Shown: piece by piece, positions 11,401 to 20,196 of the stretch
Position numbering within the stretch: position 1 is the first letter of the stretch
Layout of the letters: every line of letters starts with the position of its first letter
Virus record (IMG/VR): IMGVR_UViG_3300034121_001409
Span: 11,195 to 75,194 of that record
Reading direction: 5' to 3' (one strand)
From: a virus
DNA: 64,000 bases
Translations under genes and position numbers: made by a program
The notes under the pieces: model-generated
The model's input: the letters and a program-made list of their open reading frames with translations, nothing else
Database searches by the model: none
Told to the model about the DNA's origin: nothing

Positions 11401-14400
11401 CTTCCAAGTTGGTCTCCTACCCAAAAGAATACTTTCTGTTTATTTTCAGAAATTTCCTTTAACAAGGATTCAATATCTATGATATCTTCAGGTTTTACAA
11501 AAGACAACTTATGACCCTCTTTTTTCACAACAACAGGAGTTGCTTTTTTTTCTTCCGAAGGAACCATAATATCAACAGGTGGAATTAAATTAAATTCTAC
11601 ATCCTGATTAAATAAATCTTCAGGAGACTCAGCCATCATATCAATCCTATTACTCTCAGGGTCAAACGTTGTATTCGTTCCGTCTGCAAGTTTTATTTGG
11701 TTTGGCTCAAATACAACAAAGATATTACTTGATGGTGTTCTTAATACAGCAGAAGGGTCTAATGGGTCAATAAAATTATTAAACTGAATACCTTTGTTAT
11801 CTTGCTTTCCTTCTTCAATCAAATCATCTACATAAGTATCGTTATCTAAATATGATTGTCCATCCATTTCTACAATGGTAGGGTTTCTTTCATTTAAGAA
11901 CATCGGCAATATTTTATTACCGTATGTTTTTGCAACCTTTGGATTTGTTGTGAAATAAAAACCTTGATACCCGAATACTCTATTTTTAAACTCTGTAAAG
12001 TTTTCATTCGTTCCATGATACACAACCAACGGTTCACCGTTTTCATCTACAACCTTACTTGCTTCTTTTGAAGTAATATTAGTAGTTGAAAGTTCCATGT
12101 ATTTATATCCATTGTCATCTTCTGTAACTTTAAATCCAAATTTTGAAAAAAATACATCAGAGCCATTTCCTGTTTGTAGTCTTACTGTTGGTATATTAGA
12201 TTCTTTTGCATCGTTAATTATTTTATTAATCAACTTTTTTCCATCACCCTTCTTCTTTGATTCAATATATCCTATTGACCAACTTTTATTATTCTTAGTT
12301 ACATCTGCATAGCTATCTCCTAATGTGTATAAATCTTCTGTCCTGTCATTTAATTTCTCGCTTTCTATTTTTATGTCTTTAAATGCAGATACCGATTCCC
12401 AATCACCAAACCAATTTTTAAACGCTTCTGTGCGTACAATACGCCACTGTGTTTCATCCAAGTTTGATTTCTTCCCATTAGGCGCAAGAAGGTTCCCTTC
12501 TTTATCTCTTACCAACTCAATACCTTTTGCCTGAAGATTCGCTTCCTGCATCACATTATCCACCTTGCTCTCCGGCATAAACTCACCCTTTCTTGCACTA
12601 CCAAGAGTAGCAGAAACTAAATCAGCCATATTTAGCTTCATAATCTGCTCAGGTGTTAAACCCTTCAGTGATATACCAAACTTGTCAGCTATCCATCGTA
12701 TTGCAGAAACTAAGGACTCTTTTAATTTCGCATAGAAATCAGGATTCAATTGCTCACTTCCGGCTCTTCCAACCATTGTTGTAATAGCCTCATCCATCAT
12801 CCTTTTATCGCTATACCCTTTGTAAGCAGGATTGTTTTTTACTTCATCCAAGAAGCCACCTTCTTTTGCTAATTGCTCTAATCTTTCTACAGCAGCCTTT
12901 GCCTGTGCATCGCCTTCCTGAGCCGCCATCTTCATCATATCAAGGAATGGATGGAAATGCTCATGTACTAAGCTCTCAGCGTTTAAAGTCTCTGAGTTGA
13001 TATAAATACTACCATCAGGGAAAACAGCTCCGTAAATGACTCCTTTTGGGGTTTGTATGTTTTTCGGATTACCAAACTCCTTCATCTTCTTATCGAAGGT
13101 CTCTCGGTCTGTAAATACCTTTCTTCCTTTGAATGCTTTGAAGCTACTCATAACTTCAACTAACCGATAGAACACATCTCTTGGTAAGATTTTAGAATTA
13201 GGTTTTTTACCTTCTAATGTTTCAGGTTTTTTTATTCCAACAAAATCCAACAGGTCATCTAACAGTGCATCTACTGTAGATTCTTTCTTTGGCTCCGGCT
13301 TAGGTTCCGGCTTTTTCTCAACCTTCATTGGCTCAGAAGGAATCAATGAAGCCTGTGGCTCTATTTGTTCTGATTTTAATTTGGCAGACTCCACAGCACC
13401 GTCATAATCCTCTGTATACTCCCCTTGATATTTATCATACTTCTCAAACGTACCTGTTCTTTTTTCTATATCTTCCCTGCTTCCACCATCCCAATACATA
13501 ACAACAACATCCGGCTTGTCTTTTAATATTGAATTTTCCCAACCTTCTTCTGCCATGCTTTCATCAAACTTAATTCTTGCTATTGGCTTAAATCCAAATT
13601 TAGCATAATAGGGTGGAAGGTATGTGTCGTAAGCATCTGTGTATCTCGCTCCAAGTTTTATAGCCATATTCAACAAAGGAGCCAATGTGTTCTGACCTTT
13701 AGGAATACTACTATGAGCAAATCCGCTTCCGCAATTTCCATCTGCTTCAACCATTATACCACTAAGACCATCTTTTGATACCAATAAATGCCCACCTTTT
13801 GCAATAATGTCTGCATATTCTTTTACTGACTTAACATACACCTGTATTCCATCTTCACCTCTGCTTTCTTTTGCAGAACTTATTGCTTCATGAAATGCTT
13901 CAGCATCATCAATCTCATACATTTCCTTGCCATCTAAAACAAATTTATTTACAGGCTTTACTTCTTTGCCGTTTATAGTAACAACATCTCCGTAACTATT
14001 ATCCATCGCCCAATCCGGAAGGAATCCTATTTTCTGCTCTGCAAATGGTCTTTTACTTGGCTCAAGATAACCTTCGTCACCCTTCTTTTTTATAGAGCCA
14101 TCTTTATTGCGCATATGATTGCCAAAGTTAACCCAAGAGTTCTGACCTCTTGTTGTTATAGTAAGGGCTTTCTGTGCCAATGGAGTGAACATACTCATAT
14201 GCACCCTCCATGCATTCTCCTCTCCAATTGCACCAAACGCATTACCATATTCTGCATGACCAAATAAATCATGTACAGCTCTTATGAGTTCTACATTTGT
14301 CATTGGATTGCCATTGATATCTTTATATCCGCTATCCTGTAGACCTATATTGCCTTCATCAAATTCCCTCGTTGTTCCAAATGATTCAGAAGATGGGTCA

Positions 14401-17400
14401 ACCAATATTCTTTTATTGTTTTTAACATCCTCAATCATTTTCTTGCTATCACCATTATACCCCTCTCCTTCTTTTGCTAATTGGAATGAATAACCTGCTT
14501 TAATTAGTTCCTCTGCCTGTTTTTTTATTTCAGTTATTAACTCAGAAAACGCTTGTATAACCAATGGGTTATTAGGGTCATGTTTTGCTTCTTCATAAGC
14601 GTCAGCTATTCTTTTTGCGTCTTCTTCAGATACAGACAATATTAATCTCGGAGGATTATTTTTTATGTTGTTTAATTTCTTATACGCTCTACCTATTTTT
14701 GATATTATAGAATTTACACCTCTTAGTATTTTATTTGGCTTTAAATTCTTTTTATCGTTTTCACTCTCGTCTTCTTTTTTATTTTTTTCTGAAGCCTTAT
14801 ATTTATCAAGCATCTGCTTGTCCTGCATTTGAAAATACTTCGGGTCAAACTCACCATACCCATCATCTGTTCCTCTTTTCGTATCATACAATACTCCAAC
14901 ACCATCTACCATCTGTGGTACAGATTGTTGTTTTGTATCAGCAAGAAACTTCTCCATCTCAACATCCGTAAGTGGTCTTGATAACTCAATTGACAACGTA
15001 GGCTCTGCTCCTTCATAATCAGCCATCACTTCTGTAGAAGAGATAACCTTCACATCTTTTGGCAGCTTTGATAATATCTCTTCGTGAGACATTTTCTTCT
15101 GAGTTCTACCTTCCAATAAACCCACATTGATATGTGTTCCTTTTGGAGCCTTATCCACTTTTACCTCAACACCTTTAGATGATTTTTTATTTACATCGGC
15201 AGTGGCTCCTTCTGCCCCAACTTGTCCAACTCCATCAGTATCTTTTGGTACTGCTTTTTCAGCTCCTTGTTCTTTGGATTTGTCAGCAACCTCTGATACA
15301 GGCTTATCAGTTTTTGTCTCAGTTCCTCTTGCATCTTTTTTCTCTTTTCGTTTTACCCTTTCGCTTTTTTGTCTTGGAATTTTTTCATCAGTTGCAACTG
15401 TTTCTTCTTTGGCAACTTCTTGAAGTTCTCCATCTTGTAAATCTTTTCTTGCTCCTTCATCTTCGTTGATGAACTGCTCGAACTCGTTTCTTGTGTCTTC
15501 ATTTTCAAACTTTTTTAATTGTATCTGATAAGCCAAATCTTCGGCTGTATTTCCTCTGAATGTTCTTTTCTGCCCTTCCGGTGTATCAAGTGTTACTGAA
15601 ACTATTTCTCCATTCTCATCGTAGTTTATTGCAGCAGAAGGGTCACTGTAGTTTTCAGCAGTGTACTCTTTCCCTCTTACTACAAAATTACCGGATTCAT
15701 TTACAGTCACAACAGGCTCAATTGTTTCTATTCCATAAACACTCAACTCTTCAGCTCCAACTTCATCTATATTTCCAACCTCTCTTTCTAATCCGCTTTT
15801 TTCTACAAACACAACCGTCTGACCATCTACTATCAATCTTCCTTCTTTCCCATCTAAACGTGCAGGTTTTTCAATTGCTTCATTTATTGTAACGTCAGGC
15901 ACTTTCTCTTCAACAACAGGCTCCTCTGTTGGTTTTATTTCCGGCTCTTTATTTTTTACTTCTACCTGCTGAACGGATGGTTGTGCTATCTTATCAAGCT
16001 CGTTTTTAAATACACGCAAAACATCGCCTGTTTTATCATCTTTAATAATATACTCATCTCCGTCTTCTTCAAGAACACTGTAGCTGTTTCCTTTATAATC
16101 AACTTGAGTTCCAACCTTATTATCGTTTAATTTTTCTTGTTCATACAAAACAGTCTCTTCCGCTACAGGAACTCCCATTGATAAATCAGATAAAGTTTTG
16201 TTTATTTCTGTAAGCCTTGAGTTGTATTTTTCTTTTAACTCAGGTGCTTTTGACACCTTAGCTTCTATCGCTCCTTTTTCTTTAAGCAAACCTGCTAATA
16301 TAGGATGTAGTTTCTTTGGCACATCTGACTTCAGAGCTTTAAATTTTTCTTGAACTTTTTTCATTTGCTCTATCTCTGAATCATGTGTTTCTTCAGATAT
16401 TATTCCAAGATTTTTCTTTTTTTCTAACCCCAACATCCATTCTAATGGGTTTTGTAATATCCCAAGTGTGGCGTTATTTGATTCTGAAGAACGCATTGTT
16501 TCTATGGCAGAAGGAAGAAAAACTGAACCTAATGTTATAATGGTACTCGCCAAGTTTTCTTTAGACAAAACATCCGTCTGTTCTAAATCTTCTCCATCTT
16601 TTGTTTTTGACTCCCCATAGGCATTAATTATATTCTGCAATATTGGCTCTGCAACATTTTCCTCTAATACTTCAGGGATTGCATTTGACGCTGTGTTTAT
16701 TATTAGTTTTTTTGCTGCAAGATTTACTGATGTTTTATCTAATGCAGTAAAAGATTGTAGTGTTTTTTTTGAGAAACTTGTTATGTTTTTAAACATTTCT
16801 GCTTCCATAGGGTTGGCAAGACTTATTAACGCCACCCCTGCGCTTGATATGGCTGCATATACTGCTGCATCATTCTTTGTGAAACCTTTATCAATTGCAT
16901 CATCCATTAATTCATTTTGCAATTGAGTCATAATAGCAAGTGATGTAAGTAACTTTTCGTTGTTTGCTAACTTTGTCAATTTAGATGCTTTTGTAATAGC
17001 ACCCAACCCTTTAAATGGTGCAGCTATAAGACCACCTTCTCCTATCATCACAAGCATATCTCCTACAACATTAGCTGTTTGATTAAACACCATTTCTCCG
17101 GACAACCATTGTGTCTTTTTACTATACTCATCTTTTGCTGATGAATACTTCTTCGAAATAAAATCATACGCTATAGGATTATTAACAACATAATCATCTT
17201 TATCTCTTAAAGATATAGGATTGCCTTCTGAGTCTAAATAAAGTTTATACCCATCAATCTCTGTATAGCTTTGAGCCATTGACCTCTGCATATTGGTAGG
17301 TGTATTATTCATAGCCTGAACCGCATCAACCCATTGGTCTGTGTTATTTGCCAATCTATCTGTCCAATTGTAATCCTGACTTCCGGCTAATCCACTCACA

Positions 17401-18767
17401 AATCTCGGCACTGACATTACATCATTCAAAAAACCCAATCCTACATGAGTAGAAATATTTTTAAACTTATTAAATTCATCACCAAATTTATACCACGTAT
17501 CATTTTTAGCTGTTTCATCTATTTCTATTTGCCTTTTTGCAGCAGCAGCTAACTCCTCTTTTACTTCTTTATACTTAGGGTCATTTATCAAGTTTGTTGA
17601 TTGGGTAAAATTATCGTTTAATGCACCGTAAGCAATTTGAAGATTTGCTATGTCAGCATCATCAGAAGGAATATTTTCTAAATTTACCTCCCAATCTTTT
17701 CCATATTTTTGAACTACATTATCAAGAGACTCTTTGTATTTTTGTTTTAGTATATCTTGCTTTAAACCAAATCCACTCTGCTTCATTTTATACTCAGAAG
17801 TTGCACTGTTATTTGCTGATTTAAGTTGGTAATCATACTGAACCATTCGGTCTTTTTCTCTTTCTGATGCATAATACAATTCATCAGGGGAAGAAATAGC
17901 AATCTCATCTAAACTAACATAATTATGGAATGGAATATACGCAGTTGTTTTGTCAGGAACTGAAAACCTTTCTGTGATTGAAGCGTCTGTATAAATAGCC
18001 TCTTCTTTTCTCAACTCATCCTGAGCTATAGCATTATCAGTCAATGATTTTAATACAGCAGGATTTTTACTTTGCGTCTGCTTAAATTGAGCTGCTGCAT
18101 CATTTATCTTAAAAGGATTTTTTTTAGCTTTCTCTACTTCTTTTTTTACATCTTGCTGTTGTATAATAAATTGAGATGGAGATTGAGTATATGTATTATC
18201 AGTTGTAACTTTCTCTTTTTGGAAATCTAATATTTCTGCATAATTTTGATTTGACACATCACTCAATTCACTAACCTTGTCATAAGATAAATCCTTACCT
18301 GTTAGGGTTTGCAATGCTACTGTTTTTTTATCTTTAACCGGAGGCAATACTTGCTGCTCTGTATATGGAGACGGTGTTCCTGTTCCAAGTATTTTCTTTG
18401 CCTTAGCTATCGTTTCTGCGTTTTGTTTTTTTACTGTGATATCTAAACCAAAATAAGGAACACCTTGTATTTTATTCCCTTCCGGTTTTAATGGAGATAC
18501 TAATGGAGATTTGGATTGGGAAATATCGTTTGTAACAACGCTTTGCTTTTGCGTAGAATTGCCTGAAGGCTGCTGAGTATTGTCTTTTTTTTTTACAGGT
18601 TCAATATTTGTATCAAAATCAGTAACATCAATATATTTTTTAGATTCTTCTTTTATTGCATCACGATAAGATTTATCTTTTACATTTGCTGAAAACTCAT
18701 CAAACGAACCAAGAGATAACTTATCTTGCATTTCATCATACACCGCCTGTAAATATTCATTCGCCAT
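5496..18767 (-). CDS. Giant (4423 aa) polyvalent protein, probably virion-packaged and injected; zincin peptidase, two GNAT-like, two ART-like and other modules
   Basis: HEHFH zincin motif (12951-12965); FKNWFGDWE...SKVVDENGEPLVVYHGT...GFYFT..A.TYG (ART-PolyVal type); GNAT motif A (KKKGDGKKLI...FFSKFGF); helical N- and C-terminal regions; follows the cargo/tail genes. Confidence 0.8.
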   Translation of the reverse strand: MANEYLQAVYDEMQDKLSLGSFDEFSANVKDKSYRDAIKEESKKYIDVTDFDTNIEPVKKKDNTQQPSGNSTQKQSVVTNDISQSKSPLVSPLKPEGNKIQGVPYFGLDITVKKQNAETIAKAKKILGTGTPSPYTEQQVLPPVKDKKTVALQTLTGKDLSYDKVSELSDVSNQNYAEILDFQKEKVTTDNTYTQSPSQFIIQQQDVKKEVEKAKKNPFKINDAAAQFKQTQSKNPAVLKSLTDNAIAQDELRKEEAIYTDASITERFSVPDKTTAYIPFHNYVSLDEIAISSPDELYYASEREKDRMVQYDYQLKSANNSATSEYKMKQSGFGLKQDILKQKYKESLDNVVQKYGKDWEVNLENIPSDDADIANLQIAYGALNDNFTQSTNLINDPKYKEVKEELAAAAKRQIEIDETAKNDTWYKFGDEFNKFKNISTHVGLGFLNDVMSVPRFVSGLAGSQDYNWTDRLANNTDQWVDAVQAMNNTPTNMQRSMAQSYTEIDGYKLYLDSEGNPISLRDKDDYVVNNPIAYDFISKKYSSAKDEYSKKTQWLSGEMVFNQTANVVGDMLVMIGEGGLIAAPFKGLGAITKASKLTKLANNEKLLTSLAIMTQLQNELMDDAIDKGFTKNDAAVYAAISSAGVALISLANPMEAEMFKNITSFSKKTLQSFTALDKTSVNLAAKKLIINTASNAIPEVLEENVAEPILQNIINAYGESKTKDGEDLEQTDVLSKENLASTIITLGSVFLPSAIETMRSSESNNATLGILQNPLEWMLGLEKKKNLGIISEETHDSEIEQMKKVQEKFKALKSDVPKKLHPILAGLLKEKGAIEAKVSKAPELKEKYNSRLTEINKTLSDLSMGVPVAEETVLYEQEKLNDNKVGTQVDYKGNSYSVLEEDGDEYIIKDDKTGDVLRVFKNELDKIAQPSVQQVEVKNKEPEIKPTEEPVVEEKVPDVTINEAIEKPARLDGKEGRLIVDGQTVVFVEKSGLEREVGNIDEVGAEELSVYGIETIEPVVTVNESGNFVVRGKEYTAENYSDPSAAINYDENGEIVSVTLDTPEGQKRTFRGNTAEDLAYQIQLKKFENEDTRNEFEQFINEDEGARKDLQDGELQEVAKEETVATDEKIPRQKSERVKRKEKKDARGTETKTDKPVSEVADKSKEQGAEKAVPKDTDGVGQVGAEGATADVNKKSSKGVEVKVDKAPKGTHINVGLLEGRTQKKMSHEEILSKLPKDVKVISSTEVMADYEGAEPTLSIELSRPLTDVEMEKFLADTKQQSVPQMVDGVGVLYDTKRGTDDGYGEFDPKYFQMQDKQMLDKYKASEKNKKEDESENDKKNLKPNKILRGVNSIISKIGRAYKKLNNIKNNPPRLILSVSEEDAKRIADAYEEAKHDPNNPLVIQAFSELITEIKKQAEELIKAGYSFQLAKEGEGYNGDSKKMIEDVKNNKRILVDPSSESFGTTREFDEGNIGLQDSGYKDINGNPMTNVELIRAVHDLFGHAEYGNAFGAIGEENAWRVHMSMFTPLAQKALTITTRGQNSWVNFGNHMRNKDGSIKKKGDEGYLEPSKRPFAEQKIGFLPDWAMDNSYGDVVTINGKEVKPVNKFVLDGKEMYEIDDAEAFHEAISSAKESRGEDGIQVYVKSVKEYADIIAKGGHLLVSKDGLSGIMVEADGNCGSGFAHSSIPKGQNTLAPLLNMAIKLGARYTDAYDTYLPPYYAKFGFKPIARIKFDESMAEEGWENSILKDKPDVVVMYWDGGSREDIEKRTGTFEKYDKYQGEYTEDYDGAVESAKLKSEQIEPQASLIPSEPMKVEKKPEPKPEPKKESTVDALLDDLLDFVGIKKPETLEGKKPNSKILPRDVFYRLVEVMSSFKAFKGRKVFTDRETFDKKMKEFGNPKNIQTPKGVIYGAVFPDGSIYINSETLNAESLVHEHFHPFLDMMKMAAQEGDAQAKAAVERLEQLAKEGGFLDEVKNNPAYKGYSDKRMMDEAITTMVGRAGSEQLNPDFYAKLKESLVSAIRWIADKFGISLKGLTPEQIMKLNMADLVSATLGSARKGEFMPESKVDNVMQEANLQAKGIELVRDKEGNLLAPNGKKSNLDETQWRIVRTEAFKNWFGDWESVSAFKDIKIESEKLNDRTEDLYTLGDSYADVTKNNKSWSIGYIESKKKGDGKKLINKIINDAKESNIPTVRLQTGNGSDVFFSKFGFKVTEDDNGYKYMELSTTNITSKEASKVVDENGEPLVVYHGTNENFTEFKNRVFGYQGFYFTTNPKVAKTYGNKILPMFLNERNPTIVEMDGQSYLDNDTYVDDLIEEGKQDNKGIQFNNFIDPLDPSAVLRTPSSNIFVVFEPNQIKLADGTNTTFDPESNRIDMMAESPEDLFNQDVEFNLIPPVDIMVPSEEKKATPVVVKKEGHKLSFVKPEDIIDIESLLKEISENKQKVFFWVGDQLGRGMYFDEVKNGEHYLDAGLSFALDPENRENGIIWASGLELKELNKLLEGSDYIFIISGSPSDSKLFNKQVAELFNDRLDALVGNKKELTIKSGKGGVNEEVIKLKGKSTFDKLKNAWLDFNKDVEAKDPKKDLDKDGKPKKHSSYTKGHIKFIFENTTTFREFITDNSKRKLILLHLIEKSKLTTPEADLLRQMGFGLDINNLRDGFLSDNDFRLNDIMIVLKSTGIGGKSKHSTYTYDVLGEVVGVPDKKINAYDLMTSDIKQKYIEKYEVLNAKKTLKGEKPLEFSESAKQSVVAPMGKGIKEIEFQAQGNLIKDSYYEPHLTQTADGKSYVFYHVSNASEKSIQKGIDSRKFNSTRTSRDEKGLQYGVASYYTKPTDGEKMVGGEKYEVVVPKDKVYPMDTDPNGYKQRAEKKVDEYTPFRYEKVKKEMARLAQKDGYEMAIGEWNYSRAGEKIELPALRADALVPLKPEMAPVKSKPATTKNIPHPEKDAILNAEKLASVAEEISNFKSSKSKFDEAYEIAERIRIYSEIPTKEEVEILKKGLPEKIAAKLNSIPFKKMRQVEFSAQGVDPKFKIWVDLQLDKGIDEKSIRNTLSKAGLSQEQIDSMFEDVPPPVNEKDKYDIIGWSTIPVTNDTAQSRTTRRANVAEFSDLEVFNDVVSHEEGDKMANDIVNEAMAQNGGDLYAAVNDLLDNISNVAQEVARLGDERAKPVGFLTIKILNKLQILANNLGNSKLRDKVLAAYSGRLTISGTEMAAATTDPMAGILTGLTDKVSREQESRMASTEKNGKTTEQNFDEVVSEINNEATAAAQDAFNDKNSNVSSAINKTSKKANSEASQKADKKEKEKKSYEKEAKKTADKFRKKFKSKKPPKLFDENGNEIQFYIVQNAIISWDDIVEAGAKAIEISGKIADGLAAALEKMREADWYQNLSDRGKAKVEATVAKEFSEPEAKKDATPKDRLAEAIINHENPSAPKAKSNEEKLVQALIDKYKSENKKARKPNGKNLLQDIAWRIRNNNLADSMWDYAYTVVEQQIDNDGSLSDSEKYEKKRDLKEYIASAKGKPFRDSEASRIVRERFAANPKALQEKIKELAVSHFGDVNKEAIDFVQRIIKETGLTHSEAKAISDALFKDIKRRVEKKAEQVFKNQERKIQEKILGIIPTAATTPIEAMVNNVLKFGNLSPENKAKYSAVFDAMGIPHMNSQLMTQLQNLAKAIVATPQGAVKQVLMAQFNTLLTKNKGVKSLAFFATIQEMFYTHILGSVSTMLRNIIAATATSLEGITLQGFQDAAKGRINIKESLKGNPIESDGFFKRLKTVWESIKSSEPTNSKLYRQQKGLYSHLFEKDFGGLGNLLKYIMLGHTITSRSLGAMDGFFSDKIAHNQVYRVALKTLKEQGVHHSDVDFKDKLDEMIGNTTEFKKRVQDRFDAEMAALAATGVTVGDLTKNKRKAEIMYEELGDVGRLAAFRAETMLLHRSNRLLSYIMISASSKLKNFGQAQIDEILKKPTLTTSERAQIFFYSAGQFLGMTVMPIITIPAHGLGMAIDYNPILGLGFQGMDFAAQGMIKKAQGDEYVYDSDEHFNRFARQAIGWALTATLMGMMFKGNDDDDDEDKGIVFNNDKFKIWGGYDKKLADNLGDAYHPTSIVYKDDDGEYHSFNYRDMPVGINLFIVGHIANKVARKQQLKAQKGKDATQSDEYNELVEALSKDKIKVGFGAAMTGTLDWMAEQRYMVGYQRVMDALNSNDDYKKREAVIALMMTPAQVLPTNSNYYKYIGNLFDNSQETKRRSSEYLSGFQNFVLNNSVMAKLGSRPPKVDVLGNQMYKEEDLGLGGLYNLRMIAGFVNMSEDAKKNWDYVQANNLYLNSEAIWRKSTDVAKKVLKDEGIRKEVISMYEKKYGKSVPSEPNLQYALSNMVWESMTKKYGAGISDINKNSKKTLEQKQAEVDRVRNKIIKHIGKEFGIKN

Positions 18768-20191
18768 TATTCAAATTTTTTAGTTACTGGATTCCATTTT
18801 TTCTGTTTCTTCACTACAGACGAGGAAGAACTTCCACTTGAGCTGCTTTGTGTTCCTAAGCTCTTATCGCTTCCCCAAAGTGTTTCATTTTTATTTGCAT
18901 TAAACCCTTCCTCAAATGCATTACCCAATACACCTTCTGATACACCTTTAATATATTCGGCTGTATTTGCCCCTTTTCTTACTATTATACTTTTTGAACC
19001 ATTAGGAAGCTCAGCGTTAAAATCAATCTTTAAATACTCGATATTAGGGTCAGGCATATTTCCTGTGTTAGCATCCCTTAGATTATCAATTTCACTTCCT
19101 TTTACTGTCGCTACTTTTGTTGGTTGGGTATACTCAGGTTTCCCTGTTTGAGAATCATAGCTTACAACAAAAGGCATATTTGATAATCTTTCTATAGCTG
19201 ATGCATCTCCATTAACTAAAGCTGCAACCCACTCTGTTTTGTTTTTCTGAACCTTTTCTGTTTTACCAAAATTAGAACGCTCTTTTCTGCCTTCCTCTTG
19301 CTTGTAACCTAAAGCTATTTTTTCTTTTCTCGCTGCTATAGCCTCTGCTAATTTAGCATCATTCTGAGCAAATGCCTTCGCTTTAGCGGCATCGTAATAT
19401 GTGTTTTTTATTTGGTCTGACAAACTCTGTAAATAAACCTCTCTCGCTGCTTCAGGGTCATCGGTTGCATCAAACTCAGCTATATTTAAACTTAATCTTT
19501 TCTTACCATTATCAATAATAGACTGAGCATATTCATCTGCAACTTCATTCATCTTGTCCAAGTCCTCAATCTTCTCAGGATAATATAATGTTGGAAGAGT
19601 TTTATTAAAATTGGTAACAATAGTTTCCTTTTTGAACTGCTCCGGCAATACTTCTCTTAGTTGTGTCTCCGGCATACCGCCTACAAACTTTTCAATATCC
19701 GCAGGGAAATCTTTAGCTCCGGCAAAATACTCATCCATTTTTCTTTGACTTTCTTTTGTGTACTTTTGTTTATCTGCTTCTTTTTGATTAACCCAAGCCT
19801 CTGCATAAGAGCCAAATTTTTTACTTAAATCCGCTTGTCTTGCTAAATCGTATTGCTCTTTCTGCCACTCAGCTACTCTTGGGTCTCTTACATTGTTCAA
19901 GTCTACACCATCTGCTAATAAATCAATACCCTTATCGTGTAACTCCTGAACCTTTCCTTGAAAATACTTGGTATGTCCTAAGTGATAATCTACAGGTAAA
20001 TCCTGTAACGCTTTTACTTGGTCTGCTTTCTTTTTTTGTGCGGCTGCCTTTTCTTCTTTTTTATCAGCAGAAATTTTATTTAACGCTCTCTCAAAATATG
20101 CAGGTGCATCTCCTTTATCTAAAAGAAATGCCTCTCCTTCTCCTCTTGCAAATGGCGAACCTAAGTATGTTAAATTTCTTGACTGTGACAT
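18767..20191 (-). CDS. Putative internal virion (ejection/cargo) protein
   Basis: Helical, charged; between the tail muzzle gene and the giant protein; TAATG coupling. Confidence 0.5.
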   Translation of the reverse strand: MSQSRNLTYLGSPFARGEGEAFLLDKGDAPAYFERALNKISADKKEEKAAAQKKKADQVKALQDLPVDYHLGHTKYFQGKVQELHDKGIDLLADGVDLNNVRDPRVAEWQKEQYDLARQADLSKKFGSYAEAWVNQKEADKQKYTKESQRKMDEYFAGAKDFPADIEKFVGGMPETQLREVLPEQFKKETIVTNFNKTLPTLYYPEKIEDLDKMNEVADEYAQSIIDNGKKRLSLNIAEFDATDDPEAAREVYLQSLSDQIKNTYYDAAKAKAFAQNDAKLAEAIAARKEKIALGYKQEEGRKERSNFGKTEKVQKNKTEWVAALVNGDASAIERLSNMPFVVSYDSQTGKPEYTQPTKVATVKGSEIDNLRDANTGNMPDPNIEYLKIDFNAELPNGSKSIIVRKGANTAEYIKGVSEGVLGNAFEEGFNANKNETLWGSDKSLGTQSSSSGSSSSSVVKKQKKWNPVTKKFE

Positions 20192-20196
20192 CTTTA

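Noticed and set aside
5496-18767. Virion RNA polymerase as in crAss-like phages or N4
   Set aside because: No recognisable catalytic DxDxD/DFDID motif in context; the acidic run NDDDDDED is low complexity.
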